IMG/VR virus record: IMGVR_UViG_3300033153_006068
Location: 1-48,511 of that record
Length of the DNA stretch: 48,511 nt
Origin: a virus
Lineage: Duplodnaviria > Caudoviricetes
Direction: 5' to 3' (one strand)
Position numbers and translations under genes: made by a program. Shown here one piece after another: positions 1 to 9,156 of this stretch (position 1 is the stretch's first letter; every line of letters starts with the position of its first letter). The notes beneath the pieces are model-generated. The model saw only the letters and a list, made by a program, of their open reading frames with translations, made no database searches and had not been told where the DNA came from.

Positions 1-43
1 GGTTTCGGCTCCCTCTTCACTTAATTAATTCAGGAGAATTGTC

Positions 44-412
44 ATGTCTTATGATGATCCCAATGCTACCGTTCAGCGCGAGATTAGCTTCGCTGAAATT
101 GGTGGTGCAGCCACGACCGCTTACGCAAAGTTCCGCGCCAAGCAGAAGGGTGTGCTGAAGAATATTCACCTCGTTGTTACCACTGCCGGTACCACTGATG
201 CTCACGCATTTGAGGTAGTTGTTGGTGCCGGCACTGTGGCAACCATGACCTGCGGCACCCAGACTGCTGGCTCTATCATCTCTTTGGGTGACACTGAGCA
301 GGCTATCGGTTCGCTGGAGCTGCTTCAGCTGATATCAAAAGCTGATGGCGATGGCACTGCCGATGCGGTCTACGAGTACAGCGTTGACCACGACGCCACT
401 CACACCGAGTAA
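44..412 (+). CDS. Putative head accessory/decoration protein
   Basis: AGGAG RBS; 122 aa Ala/Gly/Thr-rich beta-type sequence; first gene of the structural run, where genes following the capsid gene are expected. Function from position only. Confidence 0.5.
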   Translation: MSYDDPNATVQREISFAEIGGAATTAYAKFRAKQKGVLKNIHLVVTTAGTTDAHAFEVVVGAGTVATMTCGTQTAGSIISLGDTEQAIGSLELLQLISKADGDGTADAVYEYSVDHDATHTE

Positions 413-418
413 GCCGTC

Positions 419-613
419 ATGAAAGACAACGGTAATGGCGAAAAAGGTGGCACTAATGGTTCCCTCAATGGAGCCACTACTGCTGATCTGAAACGCGGGT
501 ACACAACCTCTGGCGACAGTAGCGGTAACACGCTGCATGAAGTCAGTGAGACTGAGTACCCAGATTCTCCACCGGGTGGCTTTGCTGGTCGTCCCGATGG
601 ATGGGAGCGTTAA
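419..613 (+). CDS. Small Gly-rich hypothetical protein
   Basis: 64-aa ORF tiling between neighbours. Confidence 0.5.
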   Translation: MKDNGNGEKGGTNGSLNGATTADLKRGYTTSGDSSGNTLHEVSETEYPDSPPGGFAGRPDGWER

Positions 614-614
614 C

Positions 615-830
615 ATGAGCAACACGAATCATCGCCCTTCTCGCAATGGCGACTTAGTAGAGGGTGACACCAAGGCGATCCCCAATCGGGGTACCAAGAC
701 TGGTGTTCAGGACTCTGGAACCTATGGCGCAAACATCGACGAGACTGCGCTCAATGGCAAAGGCGGCATCTCTGGCTGTACTGGTAGTGATGGTATGGTT
801 GAAGGCGGCCTAAGCAAAAACAAACGATAA
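615..830 (+). CDS. Small Gly-rich hypothetical protein
   Basis: ATG at 615 directly after TAA 611-613 (MSNTNHRPSRNG...), internal to the listed 537..830 ORF. Confidence 0.5.
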   Translation: MSNTNHRPSRNGDLVEGDTKAIPNRGTKTGVQDSGTYGANIDETALNGKGGISGCTGSDGMVEGGLSKNKR

Positions 831-840
831 GGAGAGAGGA

Positions 841-1245
841 ATGGTAAAGCTCGATAGGAGCCGACCCTTTGGCGAGGTAATCGGTCACGGATGTCAGCGT
901 TATGAACAGAACGGTAAAGCGTTCAATGGTGCTGGTGAAGAGATTGATGCACAGGGCAAGCTGGTAGACGAAGCGCCACCAGCTCCCACTAATCCAGAGC
1001 CACCGGAGCCTACTGCTCCAGAGGCAACAGAAACTACCGACAGCGAGCCAAAAACTCCTGCCGAGCCAGAGGAGCCAACCATCGTTGCTGCTCGCTCTGA
1101 GCATCGTGGTGGTGGTTACTACAATGTATTCGACACCAAGGGCGACCTTGTTGGTGAAGACTTTAAGAAGGCCGAGGCTGAAGCCAAGGTGACTGAGCTG
1201 CAGGAAAATGCAGACCAGATCGCTGCAGCATTATCGGATGGCTGA
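841..1245 (+). CDS. Hypothetical structural-region protein with Pro/Glu/Thr-rich linker
   Basis: Strong RBS (AAGGAG); two small domains joined by PPAPTNPEPPEPTAPEAT. Confidence 0.65.
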   Translation: MVKLDRSRPFGEVIGHGCQRYEQNGKAFNGAGEEIDAQGKLVDEAPPAPTNPEPPEPTAPEATETTDSEPKTPAEPEEPTIVAARSEHRGGGYYNVFDTKGDLVGEDFKKAEAEAKVTELQENADQIAAALSDG

Positions 1246-1852
1246 GATAACAGGGTCGGCCCATGTTACCGCAGGCAATCACTTCGATGAGAAAGTACAG
1301 GCGATAAAGGAACAGGCTAAGGCTCCGACATCAGTCGTTGCCCCGGCCACCATCGCCTCTCTGGTAGAGATTGCAGAGTCAGCCCCCAAGCGGGGCTGCT
1401 TTGTTGAGGTGGGTGTCTATAAAGGCGGCACCGCATTTCATCTCGCACGAGTTGCTCGTGAGCAGGGACGCAGGATCTACCTGTTCGATACCTTCGAGGG
1501 CATCCCGTACACCGACAAAGAGATGGGTGACCGTCATGAGGTTGGCGACTTCAACGACGTTAAGATGGCCGACGTTGTTGCAGCTATTCCTGATGCAATC
1601 GTCGTTAAGGGCGTATTCCCCCAATCAATGATCCCGTTACCTCTAATAGCCTTCGTGCATATTGATGCTGACCAGTACGAGTCCATCTTCTTGGCAGTGA
1701 GAGCGTTGGAGCCGCACATGATGAAGGGCGGCATTATGGTATTTGATGACTGGGGTGCGCTTGAAGGGGCAACCAATGCGATCAAGGATCTGTTCGATGG
1801 CGACAGAATCGAGATCACTTCCGCAGGCAAGGCAATGGTGAGGTACCAGTAA
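1238..1852 (+). CDS. TylF/MycF/NovP-family sugar O-methyltransferase
   Basis: Motifs FVEVGVYKGG, LFDTFEG, KGVF, FVHIDADQYES, GGIMVFDDW; start placed at ATG 1238. Confidence 0.85.
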   Translation: MAEITGSAHVTAGNHFDEKVQAIKEQAKAPTSVVAPATIASLVEIAESAPKRGCFVEVGVYKGGTAFHLARVAREQGRRIYLFDTFEGIPYTDKEMGDRHEVGDFNDVKMADVVAAIPDAIVVKGVFPQSMIPLPLIAFVHIDADQYESIFLAVRALEPHMMKGGIMVFDDWGALEGATNAIKDLFDGDRIEITSAGKAMVRYQ

Positions 1853-3435
1853 TGGTTTGGAGAATTGAAGACCCGCAGGGGCATGAAGCGCAGAAGATTA
1901 AGTACGAGATTGTCCGCTGGGTTCGCGGCACCGGTCTCGACCTTGGTTGCGGTCTGGAGAAGGTCTGGGGGCATGCTATCGGAGTGGATTCAGGACATCA
2001 TTGGGGTAAGGGTGCGGCTGAGATTATGGTACCCAGTGCCGATGACCTGTCGCTGTTCGGTGATGGGGCGATGGACTTCGTGTTCAGCTCCCACCTACTC
2101 GAGCATATGGTCGACCCAGCCAAGGCATTAGCTGAGTGGTGGCGCGTACTGAAGGTGGGTGGCTGTCTTGTGCTGTACGTCCCGCACAAAGACCTGTACC
2201 CACGCTGCGGGTGGCCCGGGGCAAACACCGACCACAAGGGTGACTTCGATAACGCTGATGTCATCGAACTGATGCGCGGTGTTGGTGAAGACTGGCGTAT
2301 GCGCGTCGATGAGGTGCGTGATAATGATAATGGTGTCGGTGCCGAGGGTAATGAGTACAGCCTGCTGCAGGTGTACCAAAAGACCGAAGAGGATACTGGG
2401 CAGCAGCCTGAGTTCGCTCATCGTAATAATGGCCGCACCTGCACCGTGGTTCGCTACGGCGGCCTTGGTGACAATCTTCAAGCCGCATCCGTACTCAGAG
2501 GGCTAAAAGATCAGGGCTACTACATCACCTATGTGACCAACCCGCTGGGCTTTACCGTGATGCAGCACAACCCGTACATCGATGAGTTCTTCCTACAGGA
2601 GAACGGGCAGATCCCCGACACCGAGCTGCATAAGGTGTGGAAGGCGATGGAGGATAAGTGCGATAAATTCGTGAACCTGTGCGAGTCGGTCGAGGGTAAC
2701 CTGCTGGCGATCCCGATGCGTACCAACTACTACTGGCCGGATGAGGTGCGTCGCGAGTTCCTTGACATCAACTACAATGAGTTCGCCCACAAGCTGGCTC
2801 GCGTGAGGTTCGATAGGCCGCACGTTAAGTTCCACCCAACAGAGGAGGAGCTTAACCGAGCTATCGACTTTGCCCGTGACAAGATGGGTGGATTCAACAT
2901 CATGCTGGCCGTTGCCGGCTCCTCGATTCACAAGATTTACGTCTATCAGGACATCGTGATGAATCGTGTCCTTAAGGAGATTCCAGAGGCCAAGTTCATC
3001 CTCGTTGGCGCGGAAGCCGACAGGCAGCTGGAGGCAGGCTGGGAAGAAAATGACAGGGTGTGGTGTTCTAGTGGTAAAATACCCGTCAGAGAGTCACTGG
3101 CTCTCTCTCAGGTTGTAGATTGTGTTGTTGGCCCAGAGACAGGAATACTGAATGGGGTCTCGATGGAAGAGAACGTGCATAAGGTGATTTACCTCTCGCA
3201 CTCATCACACAACAACCTGACGCGGGACTGGGTCAATACCACGGTTGTGGTACCTGAACCTGATCTCGCACCGTGCCACCCTTGCCACCAGCTACACTAC
3301 GGCAAAGGCGCATGTCCATTACACGAAGCGACCGGAGTCCCTGCCTGCGTAGCAGCCATCGACCCGAATAAAGTGTTTGACGGCATAAGGGTGGCGTATG
3401 AAAGTTGGAAAGCTAATCGAGATATTCAGGCATGA
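1852..3435 (+). CDS. Fusion: class I SAM methyltransferase + GT9-family (ADP-heptose-type) glycosyltransferase
   Basis: N-term LDLGCG...DFVFSSHLLEH...EWWRVLKVGG; from ~aa 197 VVRYGGLGDNLQAASVLRGLK, HNPYIDE, VVGPETGILN and C-terminal CHPC-x9-C-x10-C typical of GT9. Confidence 0.85.
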   Translation: MVWRIEDPQGHEAQKIKYEIVRWVRGTGLDLGCGLEKVWGHAIGVDSGHHWGKGAAEIMVPSADDLSLFGDGAMDFVFSSHLLEHMVDPAKALAEWWRVLKVGGCLVLYVPHKDLYPRCGWPGANTDHKGDFDNADVIELMRGVGEDWRMRVDEVRDNDNGVGAEGNEYSLLQVYQKTEEDTGQQPEFAHRNNGRTCTVVRYGGLGDNLQAASVLRGLKDQGYYITYVTNPLGFTVMQHNPYIDEFFLQENGQIPDTELHKVWKAMEDKCDKFVNLCESVEGNLLAIPMRTNYYWPDEVRREFLDINYNEFAHKLARVRFDRPHVKFHPTEEELNRAIDFARDKMGGFNIMLAVAGSSIHKIYVYQDIVMNRVLKEIPEAKFILVGAEADRQLEAGWEENDRVWCSSGKIPVRESLALSQVVDCVVGPETGILNGVSMEENVHKVIYLSHSSHNNLTRDWVNTTVVVPEPDLAPCHPCHQLHYGKGACPLHEATGVPACVAAIDPNKVFDGIRVAYESWKANRDIQA

Positions 3436-4063
3436 GGTAGAGGATACCCAAAAGCCCTACCTTTGGTCTGACCCAGAGGTGATGGCCTACCTGAACGAAG
3501 CAGAAGTTGAGGCCTGTCGCAGGGCTCGACTTCTCGTCGATTCATCCACCGCTGCAGTTTGCCAGATCAGTATCACGGCTGATGAGCAGAACTTCGCACT
3601 CGACCCCCGGGTCATCATGATTCGTCGCGCCAAGCTGGCCGATGAGTCATACCCTCTCCAAAAGAAAAGCCAAGCCGCCCTCGATGATGAGTATCCCGCA
3701 TGGGATGGCGACGTTGCCAGCACCCCACAGTATTACTTCCTCGACTCCGGCAGCTCCAGCATAAGCCTCTATCCAAAGCATGACGCTACCGACACGCTGC
3801 ATCTCACCGTGGTCAGGGAACCCCTCAATGAGCTGAATGATGATGATGAGACTCCAGAGATCCCATCTCGCTATCACTTTGGCCTGCTCAACTGGATGAA
3901 GCACCGCGCCTACATGAAGCCCGACTCCGAGACCAAGAATGACCAGCTGGCTGTTCTCAATCTGCAATTATTCGAGCAGGAATTCGGTAAGCGTCGCACC
4001 GCACTCGATGAGAGATTCGAGGCTGAGCACGAGGGCTACGATATGGATCACGGAGCCTACTGA
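3398..4063 (+). CDS. Putative head-tail adaptor protein
   Basis: PYLWSDPEVMAYLNEAEVEACRR and EIPSRYHFGLLNWMKHRAYMKPD resemble phage adaptor families (DUF6682-like). Confidence 0.65.
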   Translation: MKVGKLIEIFRHEVEDTQKPYLWSDPEVMAYLNEAEVEACRRARLLVDSSTAAVCQISITADEQNFALDPRVIMIRRAKLADESYPLQKKSQAALDDEYPAWDGDVASTPQYYFLDSGSSSISLYPKHDATDTLHLTVVREPLNELNDDDETPEIPSRYHFGLLNWMKHRAYMKPDSETKNDQLAVLNLQLFEQEFGKRRTALDERFEAEHEGYDMDHGAY

Positions 4064-5256
4064 TGAGGTTCGCCAAGTTCGCAGGCCTGAACAACGTCCT
4101 GTCATGGGAGCGGCAGACTGCTCTCGTTAGGTCTAAGGGTGATGAGCCTGCTCACTTCCTTGAGACCGCAACCAATGTCTATCTCGATGACAGTGGTCGT
4201 ATCGCCCGTCGCGACGGTGTAACCGAGCTGGTAGCTGGAGCAGCGCACTCGCTATGGTCTGATGGTGACATCTGCCTGTACGCGCAGGGAGGAAGCCTGA
4301 AGCGACTATGGGACGACGACACCAGCACAACTCTGCGTACCGACCTCTCGGGTGACCCCGTAAGCTACAGGATGATTGGTGAGACCGTTTACTACAGCGA
4401 CAACACCATCACCGGCATGTATGACCCCCATCAAGTAGTAGAGGGCTGGGGTGTTGGTGAGCCGCCGCTGCTAACCACCTCCGTAATCAGTGGCAACCTT
4501 CCTACTGGCCGCTACGGCTACGTCGCCACATTCAGAGACCAGATGGGTCGTGAGGGCGGGGCGGTTAACTTCGGCATGATTGAGTTGAGTGAAATAGGGG
4601 GTATTCGATTCGACTCGCCAGACCTTGGCGATAATATGTCTGCTCTGGTTTATGTGACCCCAGCCAACGGCGATGTCTACTATCTTCTCAGTGAGCTATC
4701 TCTCGACGGTCATGCTAACTACGTCGAGCAGGAGTACCTGATACTGTCGCTGAATAATGCTCACAAGGGCCAGCCTCCTGCCGGCCACATCGTGTCTCAC
4801 TATCGCGGTCATATGCTGGTAGCTCAAGGCCCGTGGGTCTTCTATTCAGATCCGTATCAATACCATCTGTTTGGTCACAATAATTACATGCCATTCGAGG
4901 GGCGGGTGACGCTTGTCGCTCCCGTAAGCAATGGCATCTTCGTGGCAACAAAAAACAAAACCGTATTCCTGAGTGGCGAATCACCAACCAAAATGGCGGT
5001 GGTACACAAGGCGAATCACGGAGCGATTGAAGGCACACTCACCTTCATCGAATCATCAGATATAGGAGGGCTCGACAAGGTGCCGAGTCAAACTGTAGCA
5101 ATATGGGCCTCAGCTGCCGGCATCTGTATCGGCGGTAATGATGGCTTGTTTATTAACCTCACCGAGTCGCGCTACAAGTTCGATGAGGTGTCTGATCGGG
5201 GTGCGTCTGTGCTACTACAGATGGGCGACTCCAACCAATTAATCACCTCAATCTAA
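4063..5256 (+). CDS. Putative tail nozzle/stabilisation protein
   Basis: Follows adaptor with TGATG overlap; F.GLNN N-terminus, beta-rich propeller-like sequence. Confidence 0.55.
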   Translation: MRFAKFAGLNNVLSWERQTALVRSKGDEPAHFLETATNVYLDDSGRIARRDGVTELVAGAAHSLWSDGDICLYAQGGSLKRLWDDDTSTTLRTDLSGDPVSYRMIGETVYYSDNTITGMYDPHQVVEGWGVGEPPLLTTSVISGNLPTGRYGYVATFRDQMGREGGAVNFGMIELSEIGGIRFDSPDLGDNMSALVYVTPANGDVYYLLSELSLDGHANYVEQEYLILSLNNAHKGQPPAGHIVSHYRGHMLVAQGPWVFYSDPYQYHLFGHNNYMPFEGRVTLVAPVSNGIFVATKNKTVFLSGESPTKMAVVHKANHGAIEGTLTFIESSDIGGLDKVPSQTVAIWASAAGICIGGNDGLFINLTESRYKFDEVSDRGASVLLQMGDSNQLITSI

Positions 5257-5267
5257 GGAGAAACATC

Positions 5268-6041
5268 ATGGCACTGCGACTCTCAACTGCACTGCGTAAC
5301 TTTCTGAACCGTGACGGCGCAATGAAGCGAGCCTTCCATGGCGGTAAAATTGAAATCTATAGTGGCTCACAGCCATCATCTGCTGACGGTGGTACCTCTG
5401 GAACCTTGCTGGCCACCATTACTGACGCCTCGGCCTCGCACACTAATGAGGTGCTATCCACTGGCTCGGTTGAATTAACTGGTGGTGGTAGTGGTAGCGT
5501 CGATGATGTAACCGTTGACGGTATCTCGATCATCGTTGATGTGGTTCCATTCAACACCTCGTTGGCCCAGACCGCCTCTGACCTCGCTGATGCGATCAAC
5601 GCCAACATCAGCACCCCTGAATACAGTGCGTCCGCATCTGATGTGACTGTTACCATCTCCGCGATGCCTGCCACCGGCTCCATCCCCAACGCCTTTGTCG
5701 TTGTCAGCTCGGTTACCACCATCACCACCACCGATGGCAATATGGCTGGTGGCGTTGATGCGGTTAATGGTCTGAAATTTGGTAATAGTGCGCTCGGTAT
5801 ACTGAGTAAGCTAGCATCCCAAACGTGGGGTGGTGTTGCTGGCGCATCCGGTACCGCTGGCTGGTTCCGCTTCATTGCTGCTGAGTCAGATGCTGGTGCT
5901 GCCGATACCGACTATGATCACATTCGGCTTGATGGCTCAATCGCCACCTCTGGCGCACAGCTCAACATGAGCAACACAGCTATCACCAGCGGCGCAACCC
6001 AAACCATCAGCTCATTCGCGCTGACTCTGCCTGCAGCATAA
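5268..6041 (+). CDS. Virion structural (tail-associated) protein
   Basis: AAGGAG RBS; LSTALRN...IEIYSGSQPSSAD...GTLLATIT...GTAGWFR...RLDG motif set of a common phage structural family. Confidence 0.6.
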   Translation: MALRLSTALRNFLNRDGAMKRAFHGGKIEIYSGSQPSSADGGTSGTLLATITDASASHTNEVLSTGSVELTGGGSGSVDDVTVDGISIIVDVVPFNTSLAQTASDLADAINANISTPEYSASASDVTVTISAMPATGSIPNAFVVVSSVTTITTTDGNMAGGVDAVNGLKFGNSALGILSKLASQTWGGVAGASGTAGWFRFIAAESDAGAADTDYDHIRLDGSIATSGAQLNMSNTAITSGATQTISSFALTLPAA

Positions 6042-6058
6042 GTGGTGAGGTGTAGAGC

Positions 6059-6574
6059 ATGATCATTCTTAGCACACAGCTACTCAAAGATATAATGGAC
6101 AGTGGATGGGATACCGCCTTCACTGACCCCATTATGGAGATTAGAGGGGGTAGCCGACCAGCGACTGCTGATGAGGCTGTTGTCGGCGATCTGCTCTGCA
6201 CCATAACCCTTCCTGCATCAGATTATCTTACTGCCTCCAGTGGCGGGGTGAAGGCCAAAAATGGGGCATGGGTAGGCACCGTGTCAGCAGGTGGAACCCC
6301 TACATGGTTTCGTATAATGGATGGGCTTGATACAAAAACCTATTCCGTCACTGCGTCAAGGCTTGATGGCGACGTTGGCGCATCCGGTAGCGGTGAAGAT
6401 ATGACTATCGGTGATGGAACCGTTACGGCTGAGGACACTATTAACATCGATTCATTCCCAATCGTTTGGGCGGAGTCCTATATGGGCGCTCTCGGTGAAG
6501 CTGTTGTTACGCATTATGCAGCAACAACTATTGAGTCATCAGCATCTGTAGCGGCTGACGGAACAGTGGCGTGA
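6059..6574 (+). CDS. Paralog of the preceding structural protein
   Basis: LSTQL...MEIRGGSRPATAD...GDLLCTIT...GTPTWFR...RLDGDV aligns by eye with 5268..6041. Confidence 0.6.
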   Translation: MIILSTQLLKDIMDSGWDTAFTDPIMEIRGGSRPATADEAVVGDLLCTITLPASDYLTASSGGVKAKNGAWVGTVSAGGTPTWFRIMDGLDTKTYSVTASRLDGDVGASGSGEDMTIGDGTVTAEDTINIDSFPIVWAESYMGALGEAVVTHYAATTIESSASVAADGTVA

Positions 6575-8274
6575 GTACGTTATCTGGAAAGTTTCTCAGT
6601 GGCGTTAATTATAGGACGCAGCCAGCGGAGCTTTACAGCACTATTAATCCAGAGCTTCTTGGTGAGCATCTCTGGTGGCGCTTACTGGTTACCGAGGATA
6701 GTGACGGAGGAACCTATATCTCATTCGCTGAGGTTGAGTTCTTTACCGCAGAAAGTCCAATCACCACCGTAGTACCGGTAATTTACGACAATGATGGGAA
6801 TTCCTACTACGACGCCTATGATGGCGTTCCTATCTACAGCGCCCAGCTATCCAGCTACAACGCGTATGAGGCGTTCAATGGGACTATAACCTCTGACGGA
6901 TGGGCAACTCACAACAATGATTACCCGCCGGCTTATATCGGGTTCCATTTCTTAACCCAAAAAGAAATTATCGGGGTACGCACCCACTACTATGGTTACT
7001 ACGGGCAAGAGACATACGCCAGACAGTTCGCGCTGGAATTTTCTGACGACGGTATTAACTGGACAAGGAAGCTGCTCTGTACTCCAGATATAGAAAACCT
7101 AGAACGCTACGGTAGTCAGGTATTTTGGTTTGATGCAATAAACGTAATTGACGCATCACTGCCACTGCACTCGGCTCTCGGTGAAATGGTTTCCACTAAT
7201 AATTCCGAAGCCGACGGCACCACTCCGTCATACACGGCGGAAGGTGTTATAGACCTTGGGAATAACAGTGAGCTTGCGCCATTTGAATCAGCGGGTGAAC
7301 TACTCGCGGGGGCGATAACTAACGGCTTCCAGCATCCAGTCACGATGCCATCGTTCACTGGCGAGGGTAATGCGCTCAATGGCTCGATTGGCGAGACTGA
7401 GGTTACGCTACCAGACTACGAGTGTAATGCTGTCGTTGTCTTGGATCACCTCGCCAGCCTACCCGCGTATGAAGCTGGGGGTATCGGCCTTGCGGGTAAG
7501 TTGCTTACCGGCTCTGCAATCCTGCCATCACATACCTGTGGTGGTGATGCTGTTACCGAGAACGTCGGACAGGCAAGCTCATCACTTCCTGTTTACGAAG
7601 TCGCCAGCCAAGCCATAGGTGAGGGTCAGGCTACAGCCGATATCACGCTCACCAAAGTGGCGCTCTCTGCTGAGGGTTACGCTGGCACCGTATCAACCGC
7701 TGCGGTCATTGTTCCGGCCTACGAGGTGGATGCTGACGGGTATGGTGAGTATGTCGGCGAGGTGGCCATCACGTTGCCCATGCTGCAGCTGGAGGCGACC
7801 ATTGCTCCGGTTGAGGCACTCACAGGGGCGTATGCGCTAAATCTTGCCATTCGTGGCCTTACGCAGTTCGATGCCTATGACTACAACAGCTTCGCTACCT
7901 TTAATGGTGTAACGCTCGCGGCTGGGTCAGACGGGATCTTCGTCATCAGTGGTGAGGATGATAATGGTGCTGCCATTGATGCCTCTTTCTCCATGCACGG
8001 TAAGACATCAGAGGTTCAGCGCATGCGCCAAGCTGTCGTGAACTACCGCACCGACGGGGAGATGATGCTCAGGGTTACCCCAGAGGAGGGTGACGACATC
8101 TACGAGTACGCCCTCATTAAGTCTGACACCACGCTGTCCAAAGGTCGCACCAAGCTCGGTCGTGGCATCAAGGGTAGCAACTGGCAGTTCGAGGTAGGCA
8201 ATGTCGATGGGGCGGACTTCGAGGTTGACTCTATCGATATCACTGCCAATCCAACAGCCAGAAAAGTGAAGTAG
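6571..8274 (+). CDS. Tail/virion protein with discoidin (F5/8 type C)-like N-terminal domain
   Basis: WWRLLV...FAEVEFF and FALEFSDDGINWT motifs; central region with LP-x-Y repeats; conserved-looking C-terminal domain. Confidence 0.55.
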   Translation: MSTLSGKFLSGVNYRTQPAELYSTINPELLGEHLWWRLLVTEDSDGGTYISFAEVEFFTAESPITTVVPVIYDNDGNSYYDAYDGVPIYSAQLSSYNAYEAFNGTITSDGWATHNNDYPPAYIGFHFLTQKEIIGVRTHYYGYYGQETYARQFALEFSDDGINWTRKLLCTPDIENLERYGSQVFWFDAINVIDASLPLHSALGEMVSTNNSEADGTTPSYTAEGVIDLGNNSELAPFESAGELLAGAITNGFQHPVTMPSFTGEGNALNGSIGETEVTLPDYECNAVVVLDHLASLPAYEAGGIGLAGKLLTGSAILPSHTCGGDAVTENVGQASSSLPVYEVASQAIGEGQATADITLTKVALSAEGYAGTVSTAAVIVPAYEVDADGYGEYVGEVAITLPMLQLEATIAPVEALTGAYALNLAIRGLTQFDAYDYNSFATFNGVTLAAGSDGIFVISGEDDNGAAIDASFSMHGKTSEVQRMRQAVVNYRTDGEMMLRVTPEEGDDIYEYALIKSDTTLSKGRTKLGRGIKGSNWQFEVGNVDGADFEVDSIDITANPTARKVK

Positions 8275-8280
8275 TGGGCC

Positions 8281-9156
8281 ATGAGGGAGGTCGGTGAAAT
8301 ATCGAAGCATCTTTCCGGTGATATCAATAAGGCCGCTACATACATTCAGCTGGCTAGAAATAAACTTGGTGCGCTCAAGGAGGGAATGAAGGCGCACGGG
8401 TTGCATCAGAATACAGATACGCTGACGATTGATGGTGGCGTTGTTATCACGGTAACCAGTAGGTTCGGCATCGACTCTGTGGAGATTTATGCTCCAGAGA
8501 AGGTGGTAAAAAAGGAAGTGGTTGAGGATATTGATGAGCCAGAAATTAGTGCCACTAGGTATTATTCATTCGATATAAACATATACACCTATCGCACACG
8601 GTGTGACGGATCGTGCAAGAGTGTCAGTAGTAGCGGTGGCGGCGGCTATATGTTGCTTTATGTTTTCCTGATCCCATCCGAAGCAACCATAAAGTTTATG
8701 GCTCGCATATTCAAAAGGTTACCACGACCATATTATATTGGTGGCGCGTTCCTCTTTGAGTACACAACAAAAGACGGTGAAAAAAGAGAGCGGGATTTTT
8801 ACTACGAGGATTTTCACTACACAGATATATCCCATTCTTCAGCCTATGCAACTATTCCGGCAGATGTTAGAGGTACACCAATAGATGATAGCTCTTGCGA
8901 CCCAAACACCATAGATAGCGTTTCGTGCGATGATGGCGCTGTCGATAGATCATGGAAACTGGAGTCAGATAAGTGGATTTATTGTCCGGCTGGTGATTAT
9001 TACGAAGGGAATGAAGAGTACGGGTACACAGAATATGAAGGTGACTTCGTTGACGGCTCAAAGGCAAAACTTATTGCCGTCAGAGAATCATCATCATCCG
9101 AATGGCTTTACCTAGACGATGACGAAGACTATGAGCGCATGCAGACTATCGGGTGA
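8281..9156 (+). CDS. Hypothetical virion-region protein
   Basis: 291-aa ORF tiling the operon; Tyr/Asp/Cys-rich C-terminal part. Confidence 0.6.
   Translation: MREVGEISKHLSGDINKAATYIQLARNKLGALKEGMKAHGLHQNTDTLTIDGGVVITVTSRFGIDSVEIYAPEKVVKKEVVEDIDEPEISATRYYSFDINIYTYRTRCDGSCKSVSSSGGGGYMLLYVFLIPSEATIKFMARIFKRLPRPYYIGGAFLFEYTTKDGEKRERDFYYEDFHYTDISHSSAYATIPADVRGTPIDDSSCDPNTIDSVSCDDGAVDRSWKLESDKWIYCPAGDYYEGNEEYGYTEYEGDFVDGSKAKLIAVRESSSSEWLYLDDDEDYERMQTIG

Noticed and set aside
1-16. GGTTTCGG at the window start as another operator copy
   Set aside because: Truncated by the window edge; equally consistent with the 3' half of a hairpin after the upstream gene
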